From Candidatus Binatia bacterium (lineage in GTDB: Bacteria > Chloroflexota > Limnocylindria > Limnocylindrales > CSP1-4), in assembly GCA_035574535.1 (NCBI GenBank), contig DATLYV010000017.1:1-59181 (forward strand): a stretch of 59,181 nt of DNA. Reading direction: 5' to 3'. The notes below the pieces were generated by a model. It was not told the origin of the DNA. It searched no databases and was given only the letters and a program-made list of their open reading frames with translations. The translations under genes were made by a program, and so were the position numbers. The stretch's first letter is position 1; each line of letters begins with the position of its first letter. Positions 51,163 to 59,181 of this stretch are shown here, one piece after another.

Positions 51163-52145
51163 CGGATCGCCTCCTGTCGGCGGAACTGGCGGATCTGGAA
51201 TGCCATCACCGGGATGATCGCCAGGAAGAGGATCACGGCCACCGCGGCGGAGCGATCGGCCCGGCCGAAGCTGAACTGCTGGATCATCTCGAACGCGATC
51301 ACGCTCGTGTCGAACTGGCCGCCGGTCATGACGTAAACCAGGTCGAACGTCTTGAGGGCCGTGATGATCATCGTCGTGGTGATCACGGCCATGGTCGGCA
51401 GCAGCAGCGGCCAGACGATCGCCCTGAAGACCTGGACCTCGTTCGCCCCGTCGACGCGGGCCGCCTCGAGGAGCTCGCGGCTGATGCCCTTGTAGGCCGC
51501 GGAGATGATGACCATCGCGAACCCGGTCCACATCCAGGCCATGACCAGGATCAGCATGACCGTGTTGAACTTCCAGTCGGAGACCTGGAGGAACGCCAGG
51601 GGACCGGCCCCGAAGACGCCGAGGGCCCCGTTGAGCGTGCCCACCTGCGGCTGGCCGGGCGGGACCCACAGGAACATGAAGAACCAGATCACGCCCGCCG
51701 CGGTCGCGCTGATCGCCAGGGGCAGGAAGATGACGCTCTTGGCGGTGCTCTCGTAGCGGACCCGGTCGACGATGACCGCGATGAGCAGGCCCAGGCCAAC
51801 GGTGATGAGCGGCAGGAGCACGACCCAGATGCCGCTGTTGATGAGCGACGAGAACGCGTCGTTGTTGCCGAAGAACCACTCGTAGTTCGCGAGCCCGACG
51901 AACTCCGTCCCGGCGCGGTTCTGGAAGCTTCGGGCGATGGTCTGGATCGTCGGATAGATCAGGAAGACGGCCAGGAACGCGAAGGCCGGCAGGAGCCACA
52001 GCCAGGGACGCACCCGTGGCTGCAGCCGATCGGGCAGCGCCTTCAGTATCTGCTCGACGAGCAGGATGTAACCGACAAGCGCTGCGGGCACGCCGACCAC
52101 GGCGACGGCCGCGTTCACCAGCGCCGCGGTGAGTCGGGGATCCAC
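51159..52145 (-). CDS. Carbohydrate ABC transporter permease (MalF-like)
   Basis: LLEAARVDGANEVQVFRAIVWPLLLP EAA loop and six TM segments. Confidence 0.85.
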   Translation of the reverse strand: MDPRLTAALVNAAVAVVGVPAALVGYILLVEQILKALPDRLQPRVRPWLWLLPAFAFLAVFLIYPTIQTIARSFQNRAGTEFVGLANYEWFFGNNDAFSSLINSGIWVVLLPLITVGLGLLIAVIVDRVRYESTAKSVIFLPLAISATAAGVIWFFMFLWVPPGQPQVGTLNGALGVFGAGPLAFLQVSDWKFNTVMLILVMAWMWTGFAMVIISAAYKGISRELLEAARVDGANEVQVFRAIVWPLLLPTMAVITTTMIITALKTFDLVYVMTGGQFDTSVIAFEMIQQFSFGRADRSAAVAVILFLAIIPVMAFQIRQFRRQEAIR

Positions 52146-52212
52146 CAGCGCCTCCTCTCCGGTGAAGTGGTGCGCCCGGGCGAGCCATGGGGCCGCCCGG
52201 GCGCTTCAGGGC

Positions 52213-53556
52213 CTACTCGGCGTAGGCGCTTTCCTGGGTGCTGTCGAGCTCCGCGAGGATGGAGTCGAGTTGCGACGGGTTCGCGATGTAATCGACGACG
52301 CCCTGCCAGAACGCGGCGTTCATCTCCTGCGGCATCAGGTCGGATGCGTCGAAGGCGAAGGTCTGGGCGTTCAGGAGCAGCTCGGCGCTCCGGCGGTCGA
52401 TGTCGTTGGCGTAGCTCGTGGCGTTCTTGTTCGCCGAGAGCGCACCACCGCGGCTGACCCAGATGTCCTGGGCCTCGGCGGTGACGAGGTAGGCCATGAG
52501 CGACCGAGCCGCCGGCGTGTCGTGGAACATGCCGAACAGGTCGCCCGCGCCCTCCACCGCGCCGGCGTTCGCCGGATCGATGTCGGGGAACGGGAAGAAG
52601 TCGTAGTCCTCGCCGGCGGTGCCGGTCGCGAACTGGCCGAGGCCCGTGATGAAGCTGGCCTGGTGGTGGAACAGGCAGCCCGGGGGATCGGCGAACAGCG
52701 GGTCGCCGGCCACCTCGAAGTTCGTGGCGTTGACGCCGGTGCCGCCGCCGTAGGCGTTGGCGATAACTTGGCCGAACGTCTCCCACGCCGACTTGATCGC
52801 GGGATCCGTCCACTTGGTCTGGCCCTGCCACCAGCTGTTGTACACGTCCGGTCCGGCCTGGCGGAGGACGATGTCCTCGATCCAGTCCGTGCCGGGCCAG
52901 CCGGAGGCCGCGCCGGACTCCACGCCGACGCACCAGATCGCCTCGGCCTTGTCGGCGTTCGACGTCGCGAGGGTCTGGAGCTCGTCCCACGTCGCGGGCG
53001 GCGTGGTCACGTCGACGACCGACGGGTTGTACCAGATGAGGCCCTTGACGGCGCTCTTGATGAACACGCCGACGACCTTGCCGTCGACCGTGCCGAGCTC
53101 GACCAGCGCGGGGGCCGTCTCGGAGGTGTAGGTCGGCATGTCGAGCACGGTCGAGAGGTCGATCAGCGCGCCCGCCTCGGCGTACTCGGCCATCTGGCCG
53201 GGGCCGGGGAGGCCGGCGAGATCGGGCAGGACGCCCGACTGGATGCCGTTCGAGAGGATGATGTTGAGGTCGCGGGTGCCGGTGTACTTCACCGTCGCGC
53301 CGGTCTCGTCCTCCCACGGCTTGACCATGGCCCGGAAGGACTCCTCCTCCGCGCCGCCCCACGTCCCGATGACGGTCACCTCCTGACCGGAGATGTCCTC
53401 GCCACCGGTGCCCGTGGTCGCGCCCGGAGCGGTCGTGGCGCCGCCGGGGGACGACGGCTCCGGGGCGCTCGTGCCCGACGGCGTCGTGCAGGCCGCGATC
53501 AGCACTGCCCCGGCCAGCACGGCCAGGACCGGCGATCGGTGCTTGGTGATCTGCAT
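52213..53556 (-). CDS. Carbohydrate ABC transporter substrate-binding lipoprotein (family 1 SBP)
   Basis: Signal peptide plus lipobox LIAAC. GAGGAG lies 5 nt before the ATG. Confidence 0.85.
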   Translation of the reverse strand: MQITKHRSPVLAVLAGAVLIAACTTPSGTSAPEPSSPGGATTAPGATTGTGGEDISGQEVTVIGTWGGAEEESFRAMVKPWEDETGATVKYTGTRDLNIILSNGIQSGVLPDLAGLPGPGQMAEYAEAGALIDLSTVLDMPTYTSETAPALVELGTVDGKVVGVFIKSAVKGLIWYNPSVVDVTTPPATWDELQTLATSNADKAEAIWCVGVESGAASGWPGTDWIEDIVLRQAGPDVYNSWWQGQTKWTDPAIKSAWETFGQVIANAYGGGTGVNATNFEVAGDPLFADPPGCLFHHQASFITGLGQFATGTAGEDYDFFPFPDIDPANAGAVEGAGDLFGMFHDTPAARSLMAYLVTAEAQDIWVSRGGALSANKNATSYANDIDRRSAELLLNAQTFAFDASDLMPQEMNAAFWQGVVDYIANPSQLDSILAELDSTQESAYAE

Positions 53557-53643
53557 TCGTGACTCCTCTTGCTTGCCGGCGACACGCTCGGCGGTGCCGC
53601 CACTCCTCCGGGGTTTCCGCGGTCCACCAGGCCGCGGGCTCCT

Positions 53644-54720
53644 TCAGTTCGGCTGGGGGCCGTCCCGGGAGCGCCGTCCCGTCGCCGGCGGTGGGGCCGT
53701 CGACGAGCGAATCACGAGCTCGGTCGGAAGGACGGTGCGGCGTTCCACGGGCCGCCCGTTGATCCGGTCGAGCAGGGCAACGCCAGCCGCCCGCCCAAGG
53801 TCATGGGCGGGCAGGTGGACGGTCGTGAGAGGCGGGTCGAAGTACCCCGCGAGCGGGATGTCGTCGAAGCCGACGACGGCGATGTCCCCGGGCACCCGCA
53901 GCCCGGCCTCGCGGATGGCAGCCATCGCCCCGAAGGCGACGACGTCGCTGGCCGCGAACACGGCCGTGATGTCGTCGCGATTCAGCAGCCGCGACATGGC
54001 CCGTCGCCCGCTGGCGGCGTCGAAGTTGGCTTCGACCACGAGCGTGTCGTCGAACGGGATGCCCGCGGCCTCGAGCGCCATGCGGTAGCCGTCGCGTCGC
54101 TCCCGCGCCGCCGCGTAGTGGAACGGGGCGTTGGTGATGCAGGCGATCGACCGGTGGCCGAGCTCGATGAGGTGGCTCGTCGCTGCCCGCGCCGCCGCGA
54201 CGTTGTCGACGTCCACGCTGGGGATGTCGACGCCGGGGAGCGAGCCCTGAATGACGACCGGTGCGCCGTCGGCCACGAGCCGGCCGAGCTCCTCGTCGTC
54301 GACGCGCGGGCCGGACACGACGAGCCCGTCCGTGCCGCGCGAGCGAATCAGGTCGGTGTAGGTGCCGTCGCGAGCCCCCAGCGGTTCGACCAGGACGCGG
54401 TAGCGGGCAGCGCGGGCCGCCGCGGACAGGCCGCGCAGGGTCTCGGCGAGAAGCGCATCCTCGGCGACCTGCTCGGGCGACTGCCGGAGGACCAGGCCGA
54501 GGGTGTTGCTGCGGCCGCCGGCGAGTCCGCGGGCGGAGGCGTGGGGGTGGTAGCCGAGCTGTTCGGCGGCCTCGAGGACGCGGCGCCGGGTCTCCGGGCT
54601 GATCGCCGCTCCGGCGCGGTCGTTCAGCACGAACGACACGGTCGTCGTCGAGACGCCCGCGAGCGCCGCCACGTCCTTGCTCCTCGGCCGGTTGACATGC
54701 ACGCCGACGCCACTCCGCAA
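53644..54720 (-). CDS. LacI-family transcriptional regulator
   Basis: HTH KDVAALAGVSTTTVSFVLN plus a periplasmic-binding-protein-like core. Start is TTG 54720 or GTG 54702. Confidence 0.85.
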   Translation of the reverse strand: MRSGVGVHVNRPRSKDVAALAGVSTTTVSFVLNDRAGAAISPETRRRVLEAAEQLGYHPHASARGLAGGRSNTLGLVLRQSPEQVAEDALLAETLRGLSAAARAARYRVLVEPLGARDGTYTDLIRSRGTDGLVVSGPRVDDEELGRLVADGAPVVIQGSLPGVDIPSVDVDNVAAARAATSHLIELGHRSIACITNAPFHYAAARERRDGYRMALEAAGIPFDDTLVVEANFDAASGRRAMSRLLNRDDITAVFAASDVVAFGAMAAIREAGLRVPGDIAVVGFDDIPLAGYFDPPLTTVHLPAHDLGRAAGVALLDRINGRPVERRTVLPTELVIRSSTAPPPATGRRSRDGPQPN

Positions 54721-54787
54721 GGTGCGCCGGGGTTGAAGCTGCCAGGTGTCGCGGAAGAGGGTTGCCCAACCGGCCGGCGCGTTCCAG

Positions 54788-54830
54788 ACTAACGCGTGCC
54801 TCGCTAACGCGCGTTAGTAACGCGTATTAG
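54788..54830. promoter_or_regulatory. Cluster of three TAACGCG-type sites, including a 14-bp perfect palindrome CTAACGCGCGTTAG (candidate LacI operators)
   Basis: Palindrome at 54804-54817, TAACGCGT at 54790-54797 and TAACGCGTATTA at 54818-54829. AT-enriched divergent region between lacI and the glucosidase gene. Confidence 0.55.
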
Positions 54831-54871
54831 TAGGGGCCAGCGGGGACCTCGTCAAGCACCGACCGCTCCGA

Positions 54872-56638
54872 TTGTCAGAGGATCAGGTTGTGCCACCGCA
54901 GCAGCACGCTCAACCCTCACGTGAGAACACACCGGATGCGCGCGACGCCGAGGGCGCGGGCAATCCAGCGACATCGCAGAGCGACTGGTGGCAGCGCGGG
55001 ATCGTCTACCAGATCTACCCGCGGAGCTTCGCCGACGCCTCGGGCGACGGGATCGGCGACCTGGCAGGGATCACGGAGCACCTCGATCACGTCGGCGGCG
55101 GCCCGGAGTCGCTCGGCGTCGACGCGATCTGGCTCTCGCCGATCTACCCGTCGCCGGACTTCGACTTCGGCTACGACGTCGCCGACTACGTGGGCATCGA
55201 CCCGAAGTTCGGAACCCTCGCCGACTTCGACCGCCTGGTCGACGCGGCCCACCGGCGCGGCATCCGGATCATCCTCGACCTCGTCCTGAACCACGCCAGC
55301 AGCCGGCACCCGTGGTTCCAGGCGTCCCGGTCGAGCCGGACCGGGCCGTACGCCGACTGGTTCATCTGGCGCGATTCACCCGGCCGAACGCTGTTCGGGA
55401 AGCGCCGGCCGCCGAACAACTGGCGCTCGTGGTTCGGCGGCTCCGCCTGGACGTGGGACGAGCGCCGCGAGCAGTTCTACCTGCACACGTTCCTGCCCGA
55501 GCAACCCGACCTGAACTGGCGCAACCCGGCGGTCCGCGAGGCCCTGCTCGACGTCGCCCGGACGTGGCTCGAGCGCGGGGTCGACGGCTTCCGGCTCGAC
55601 GTCTTCAACGCCTTCTTCAAGGACGTGCAACTGCGCTCCAACCCGTGGCGGATCGGGCGCCGGGGCGCGTGGACCTGGCAGCGCCACCTGTACGACCGCA
55701 ACCAGCCCGAGATGGACGCGCTCCTTCGGGACCTCCGCGCCATGGTCGACGCGCGACCCGGCCGGATGACGGTCGGCGAGCTGTTCGACGGCTCGTTCGC
55801 GGAGGCCGCGCGGTACATTGCGCCGCGCCACCTGGTGTTCGACTGGGCGTTCATCCAGCTGCCCTGGAGCGCGGCCGCGTTCCGGCGGTCCATCGCGGCG
55901 CGGGACGCGGCGCTCGGGCCCGAGCGGTGGCCAGCCAACGTCCTCTCGAACCACGACCAGCCGCGGCAGGCGAGCCGCTACGGCGACGGGCTGCCGGCGG
56001 CCGTCGGCGACGCTCGGGCGAAGGTCGCGGCGGCGCTGCTGCTGACGCTGCGTGGCACGCCGTTCCTCTACTACGGCGAGGAGCTCGGCCTCCGGAACCT
56101 GAAGATCCCGAACAGCCAGGCGTTCGACCCGCCGGCGCGCCGGTCCAGCTGGCTGTTCCCGTGGTGGAATCGCGACCAGGCCCGCGGCCCGATGCCCTGG
56201 CGCCCGGGCCCCGGCGCCGGGTTCTCGACCGCCGACCCGTGGCTGCCCCTGCCGCCGGACGCCGGCACCCGGAATGTGGCGGCCCAGTCCGCCGATCCCG
56301 GCTCCATCCTGTCCTGGTACCGCCGCCTGATCGCCCTCCGAGGGGTGACGCCGGCGCTGCAGGTCGGCTCGCAGGCGCTGCACGACGTCGGGCCGGAGGA
56401 CGTGCTCGCGTACACGCGCGACGCGGTGGGCGGTGGGGACGCCGGCGCGGGTCGCGAATCTCACGCCTTCGTCGCGCTCAACTTCGGCGACCCGCGCGCC
56501 ACGATCAGCGTGCCCGCTGCGCCCGGCGGGGGAGCATGGCGTCTTGCGCTGTCGACGCATCGCGGCGCGGACGGGCACGCCCTGCCTTCCCGGGTGGAGC
56601 TCGCGCCGCTGGAGGCGCTCGTCGCCGTCTCGCCCTGA
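54872..56638 (+). CDS. GH13 alpha-glucosidase (oligo-1,6-glucosidase/trehalose-6-P-hydrolase-like)
   Basis: WWQRGIVYQIYPRSF, DAIWLSPIY, IILDLVLNH, GFRLDV, GEL..., and NHDQPR blocks. Start is TTG 54872 or GTG 54889. Confidence 0.9.
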   Translation: MSEDQVVPPQQHAQPSRENTPDARDAEGAGNPATSQSDWWQRGIVYQIYPRSFADASGDGIGDLAGITEHLDHVGGGPESLGVDAIWLSPIYPSPDFDFGYDVADYVGIDPKFGTLADFDRLVDAAHRRGIRIILDLVLNHASSRHPWFQASRSSRTGPYADWFIWRDSPGRTLFGKRRPPNNWRSWFGGSAWTWDERREQFYLHTFLPEQPDLNWRNPAVREALLDVARTWLERGVDGFRLDVFNAFFKDVQLRSNPWRIGRRGAWTWQRHLYDRNQPEMDALLRDLRAMVDARPGRMTVGELFDGSFAEAARYIAPRHLVFDWAFIQLPWSAAAFRRSIAARDAALGPERWPANVLSNHDQPRQASRYGDGLPAAVGDARAKVAAALLLTLRGTPFLYYGEELGLRNLKIPNSQAFDPPARRSSWLFPWWNRDQARGPMPWRPGPGAGFSTADPWLPLPPDAGTRNVAAQSADPGSILSWYRRLIALRGVTPALQVGSQALHDVGPEDVLAYTRDAVGGGDAGAGRESHAFVALNFGDPRATISVPAAPGGGAWRLALSTHRGADGHALPSRVELAPLEALVAVSP

Positions 56639-56735
56639 CGGCCGCCTGAGCTCGCGCCGGCCGGTGCCGCCGAAGCGCCACCACGGAGCACGGTACGATT
56701 CCGGCGTTCACGGTCCGTTGATCTTGGAGATTGGT

Positions 56736-57509
56736 GTGCCGCTCGAGTTCCTGCGACGCAAGGCTTCGGGGAGCCCTGCATCGAAGGCTGCTGTCCCCGC
56801 ACCAGCCGGCGCGACCGCGCCGGTGCCGGAGGAGGCGGTCGCCCAGGACCACCAGCTCCGGCTGACGTACGGCGCCAAGACGAGCACCGGCATCCGCATG
56901 TCGGGTGGGCCGCAGGTCCTCGCGGCCCTGCCGCAGATGCTCGCCGACGTGGCGCTCACGCCCGTCGAGGTCGTCGAGCCGCGGGATACGTCGCTCGCCC
57001 TCGCGTCGCCCAGCATCATCCGGACCGAGGAGGCGATCGAGTGGCTGCGGGCCCACGGCAACGCCTCGCCGATCACCCGGCACGCCCTGTTCGTTCTCGA
57101 GTCGATGGACGCGATCGACCTGGCGTACGACACGTTCGCCTGCGCGCTCCTCGACGGCGAGGTCGACCCGGCTGGTTACCCGGAGTACGCCTCGATCGTG
57201 GGCGGCGTGGCCGCGCACTGGGACGAGGCGACGGGCGACCTGATCCTCCGCGGGGTCGTCGGGTGGGGCGGCAAGGGCACCCGCGGCGACACGGACCGGA
57301 ACGCCACGCGGCTGCTCGGGCGGCTGCTCGGCAACATCCTCGAGAGCGGCGAGGCGAGCGGCCTCGCCTCGATCGACCGCCCGGGGGCCGTGGGCGGCGC
57401 CCCGGCGGCCGTCGGCACGGGCCTGACGTGCCAGCACTGCGGCTATCCCAACGTCCACCCCCGCGCCGCCTACTGCCCGAAGTGCGGCATGCGGATGCTC
57501 CACACCTGA
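56736..57509 (+). CDS. Hypothetical protein with a C-terminal zinc ribbon (CxxC-N13-CxxC)
   Basis: GGAGA-N5-GTG at 56736. C-terminal CQHCGYPNVHPRAAYCPKCG. Trimmed from track ORF 56433-57509. Confidence 0.55.
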   Translation: MPLEFLRRKASGSPASKAAVPAPAGATAPVPEEAVAQDHQLRLTYGAKTSTGIRMSGGPQVLAALPQMLADVALTPVEVVEPRDTSLALASPSIIRTEEAIEWLRAHGNASPITRHALFVLESMDAIDLAYDTFACALLDGEVDPAGYPEYASIVGGVAAHWDEATGDLILRGVVGWGGKGTRGDTDRNATRLLGRLLGNILESGEASGLASIDRPGAVGGAPAAVGTGLTCQHCGYPNVHPRAAYCPKCGMRMLHT

Positions 57510-57523
57510 GGTTTGCGCTTCAC

Positions 57524-57874
57524 GTGCCGATCTACGACTACATCTGCTCCGAATGCTCGACCACGACCGAGTTCATCCACGGCATCGACGCGCCGTCGCC
57601 GCGCTTCTGCCCGGCGTGCGGCACCGAGGGGACGCTGCGCAAGGCGTTCGTGCCGCCCGCGGTCCACTTCAAGGGCTCCGGATGGGCAAAGAAGGACCGC
57701 GCGGGCAACAGCGGGACGAAGACGAAGGCCGCTGCGGCTTCTGACGGCAAGGTGGATGGCACGTCCGACGGCAAGGCCGATTCGGGCGGCGATTCGAAGA
57801 GCGCCGCCGGCGCCGGCTCGGGCGCGGGGAGTTCGGGCGGCTCGACGGCGGCCTCGACGGCCAGCGAGGGCTGA
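57524..57874 (+). CDS. FmdB-family zinc-ribbon protein with a Gly/Ser/Ala/Lys-rich disordered tail
   Basis: VPIYDYICSECSTTTEFIHGIDAPSPRFCPACG (CxxC...CxxC_SSSS type). GTG start 14 nt after the upstream stop. Confidence 0.75.
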   Translation: MPIYDYICSECSTTTEFIHGIDAPSPRFCPACGTEGTLRKAFVPPAVHFKGSGWAKKDRAGNSGTKTKAAAASDGKVDGTSDGKADSGGDSKSAAGAGSGAGSSGGSTAASTASEG

Positions 57875-57875
57875 G

Positions 57876-58115
57876 GTGCCGGCTGCGTCGGACTGGATCA
57901 GCCTGGAGGAGGCCGCAGGCATCCTCGAGGCCGCGAACATCCGGTTTCGGCCGTCGACGATCGGCTCGTGGGCGCGGGCTGGCAAGGTCCAGAGCATCAA
58001 GCTGGGTGGGCGCCGCTTCGTCCGCCGGGGCGAGATCCGGGCATTGGTGACGCCGCCCCGCCGCGTGCGTGCCGCGGACCTCCAGCCCGGGCTGTTCGAG
58101 GACCTGGAGGGCTGA
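57876..58115 (+). CDS. Small helix-turn-helix (excisionase/MerR-like HTH_17) DNA-binding protein
   Basis: GTG starts 1 nt after the upstream TGA. ISLEEAAGIL...GKVQSIKLGGRRFVRRGEIRALV. Confidence 0.6.
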   Translation: MPAASDWISLEEAAGILEAANIRFRPSTIGSWARAGKVQSIKLGGRRFVRRGEIRALVTPPRRVRAADLQPGLFEDLEG

Positions 58116-59044
58116 GCGAGCCGCGGCCCCCCGATCTCCTGGAGGGGCTCCGGTGGCGCCTCGCGCCAGTCCTGGCCCATCCCGCGGTCGCCGCCGGCCG
58201 CCGGATCCTGGACCGCTACGGAGCGGCCGGCGGCGGGCTGCTCGCCGGCGGTCTCGCGTACGCGGCGCTCTTTGCGATCGTCCCCGGCGTGTTGCTCCTG
58301 GCCGGCATCGCCGGCCTGTTCGTCGCCGACCCGACTGAGCGAGCACGCGTCGTCGACGTCCTCGCCGGGGTGCTGCCGCCGCTGCGCGACGTCATCGAGG
58401 CAGTCCTCGAGCAGGTGGCGCGCGACGCCGCGCCCGTGTCCATCGTCGGCGCGGCGCTGCTCCTCTGGGGGACGAGCCGGTTCGCCGTGGCGTTCGACGA
58501 TTCGATCGCACGGGTCATAGGCGGCTCGCGCGCCCGAGGCGTGCTCAGGCGCAACCTCGGCGCGATCGCCGCGGTCGGCCTGATGATCGGCGCGATCCTG
58601 CTGAGCACGCTCCTCGCCGGCGTCCTCGAGCTGCTCGAGCGTGCGGCCGAGGGCGGGGTGATCCCGATCCTCGGGCTCGTTGCCCAAATCGCCCTGGGGC
58701 TGCTGCCGGTCGTTGCGACGATCGGGGCGACGATCCTCGTCTACCGGGTCGTGCCGGTGCCCGCGCCGCCGTGGCGGTCCGTGTTGGTACCCGGGATCAC
58801 GATCGGGCTGGTGCTGACGATCGTCGCGCGGCTCTTCGCGTTCCTCGCGCCGCGGCTGATCGGAGCGGCGGCCCTTCTCGGGACGCTGGCGACCGTGTTC
58901 GCGGCGCTGGCGTGGCTGTCGCTGTCGTTCCAGGCGCTACTGCTGGGCGCGGCGTGGGTGAAGGACCGGGCCGATCGGCGACTCCCGCCCGGCGCCAGGC
59001 CGATCCAGACGAGCGTCGCGCCTCCGTCGGCGCCGTCGGGCTGA
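57968..59044 (+). CDS. YihY/BrkB-family membrane protein
   Basis: GGLAYAALFAIVPGVLLL... and six TM segments. The start is unresolved: GTG 57968 overlaps the upstream gene by 148 nt, and the only other option is CTG 58112. Confidence 0.7.
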   Translation: MGAGWQGPEHQAGWAPLRPPGRDPGIGDAAPPRACRGPPARAVRGPGGLSEPRPPDLLEGLRWRLAPVLAHPAVAAGRRILDRYGAAGGGLLAGGLAYAALFAIVPGVLLLAGIAGLFVADPTERARVVDVLAGVLPPLRDVIEAVLEQVARDAAPVSIVGAALLLWGTSRFAVAFDDSIARVIGGSRARGVLRRNLGAIAAVGLMIGAILLSTLLAGVLELLERAAEGGVIPILGLVAQIALGLLPVVATIGATILVYRVVPVPAPPWRSVLVPGITIGLVLTIVARLFAFLAPRLIGAAALLGTLATVFAALAWLSLSFQALLLGAAWVKDRADRRLPPGARPIQTSVAPPSAPSG

Positions 59045-59181
59045 CCCCGCCACGTCGATCGCGTCGCTCGGCGACAGCTGCGACCTTGCCCTTGCCGCGC
59101 CGCGATCGCTCCCTCCCGGTCGCGCGGCTGCCGCGTAGCTGCCACAACCGCCCGCTCCCACTGCCGCGTCGATGCGACGCC

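Noticed and set aside
57876-58115. Excisionase-type HTH as a marker of a prophage or integrative element (also tRNA-Leu at 36211-36296 as an integration site)
   Set aside because: No integrase, recombinase, direct repeats of the tRNA 3' end, or phage/conjugation genes occur anywhere in the window. Flanking genes are housekeeping.

Overview
59.2-kb chromosomal segment with about 70% GC and dense coding: roughly 55 CDS, one tRNA, and no rRNA, CRISPR array, IS element or integrase. High GC creates many long antisense or out-of-frame ORFs in the track. I called genes only where I could read conserved motifs, SD-start geometry or stop/start coupling, and several tracked ORFs were trimmed to internal starts. 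Lineage is an inference only: a monoderm high-GC bacterium (Chloroflexota or deep-branching Actinomycetota), based on a single Firmicute/Chloroflexi-style clpP, a T-box leader, and TAT/lipobox solute-binding proteins.

Content in order:
- Mo-cofactor/CO-dehydrogenase accessory genes (MoCF-binding fragment, xdhC-like, MocA-methyltransferase fusion, coxG-like).
- A minus-strand chain: ABC ATPase, 64-aa Arg-rich ORF, ABC-2 permease, double GNAT, rsgA. It sits behind a structured leader containing a 28-codon ORF and a terminator.
- Membrane and unknown proteins.
- Class II aldolase-family protein, choline-kinase-like kinase, DMGDH/sarcosine-DH-type enzyme, IMPase-family phosphatase.
- potADBC-like polyamine transporter.
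- mrp/apbC, an MBL hydrolase, cinA, and a holin-X-like/DUF3618-like pair.
- ABC-2 exporter, then a divergent MarR/cupin pair.
- Translationally coupled ParB-like protein and metallophosphoesterase, then an amidohydrolase.
- tRNA-Leu(UAG), tig-clpP-clpX.
- An accessory-looking locus (40.9-47.0 kb): an XRE-nuclease fusion and a GGDEF+HD-GYP enzyme lie divergent from a five-repeat secreted protein, a sensor-like membrane protein and a pseudo-receiver LuxR regulator.
- T-box(Val)-valS.
- LacI-controlled sugar ABC transporter plus GH13 alpha-glucosidase.
- Zinc-ribbon/HTH small genes and a YihY-family protein.

Best candidates for something undescribed are the 40.9-47.0 kb locus and the leader peptide/attenuator plus small basic ORF of the ABC-2 operon (7.6-9.0 kb). 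All family assignments come from motif recognition by eye; no database search was run.
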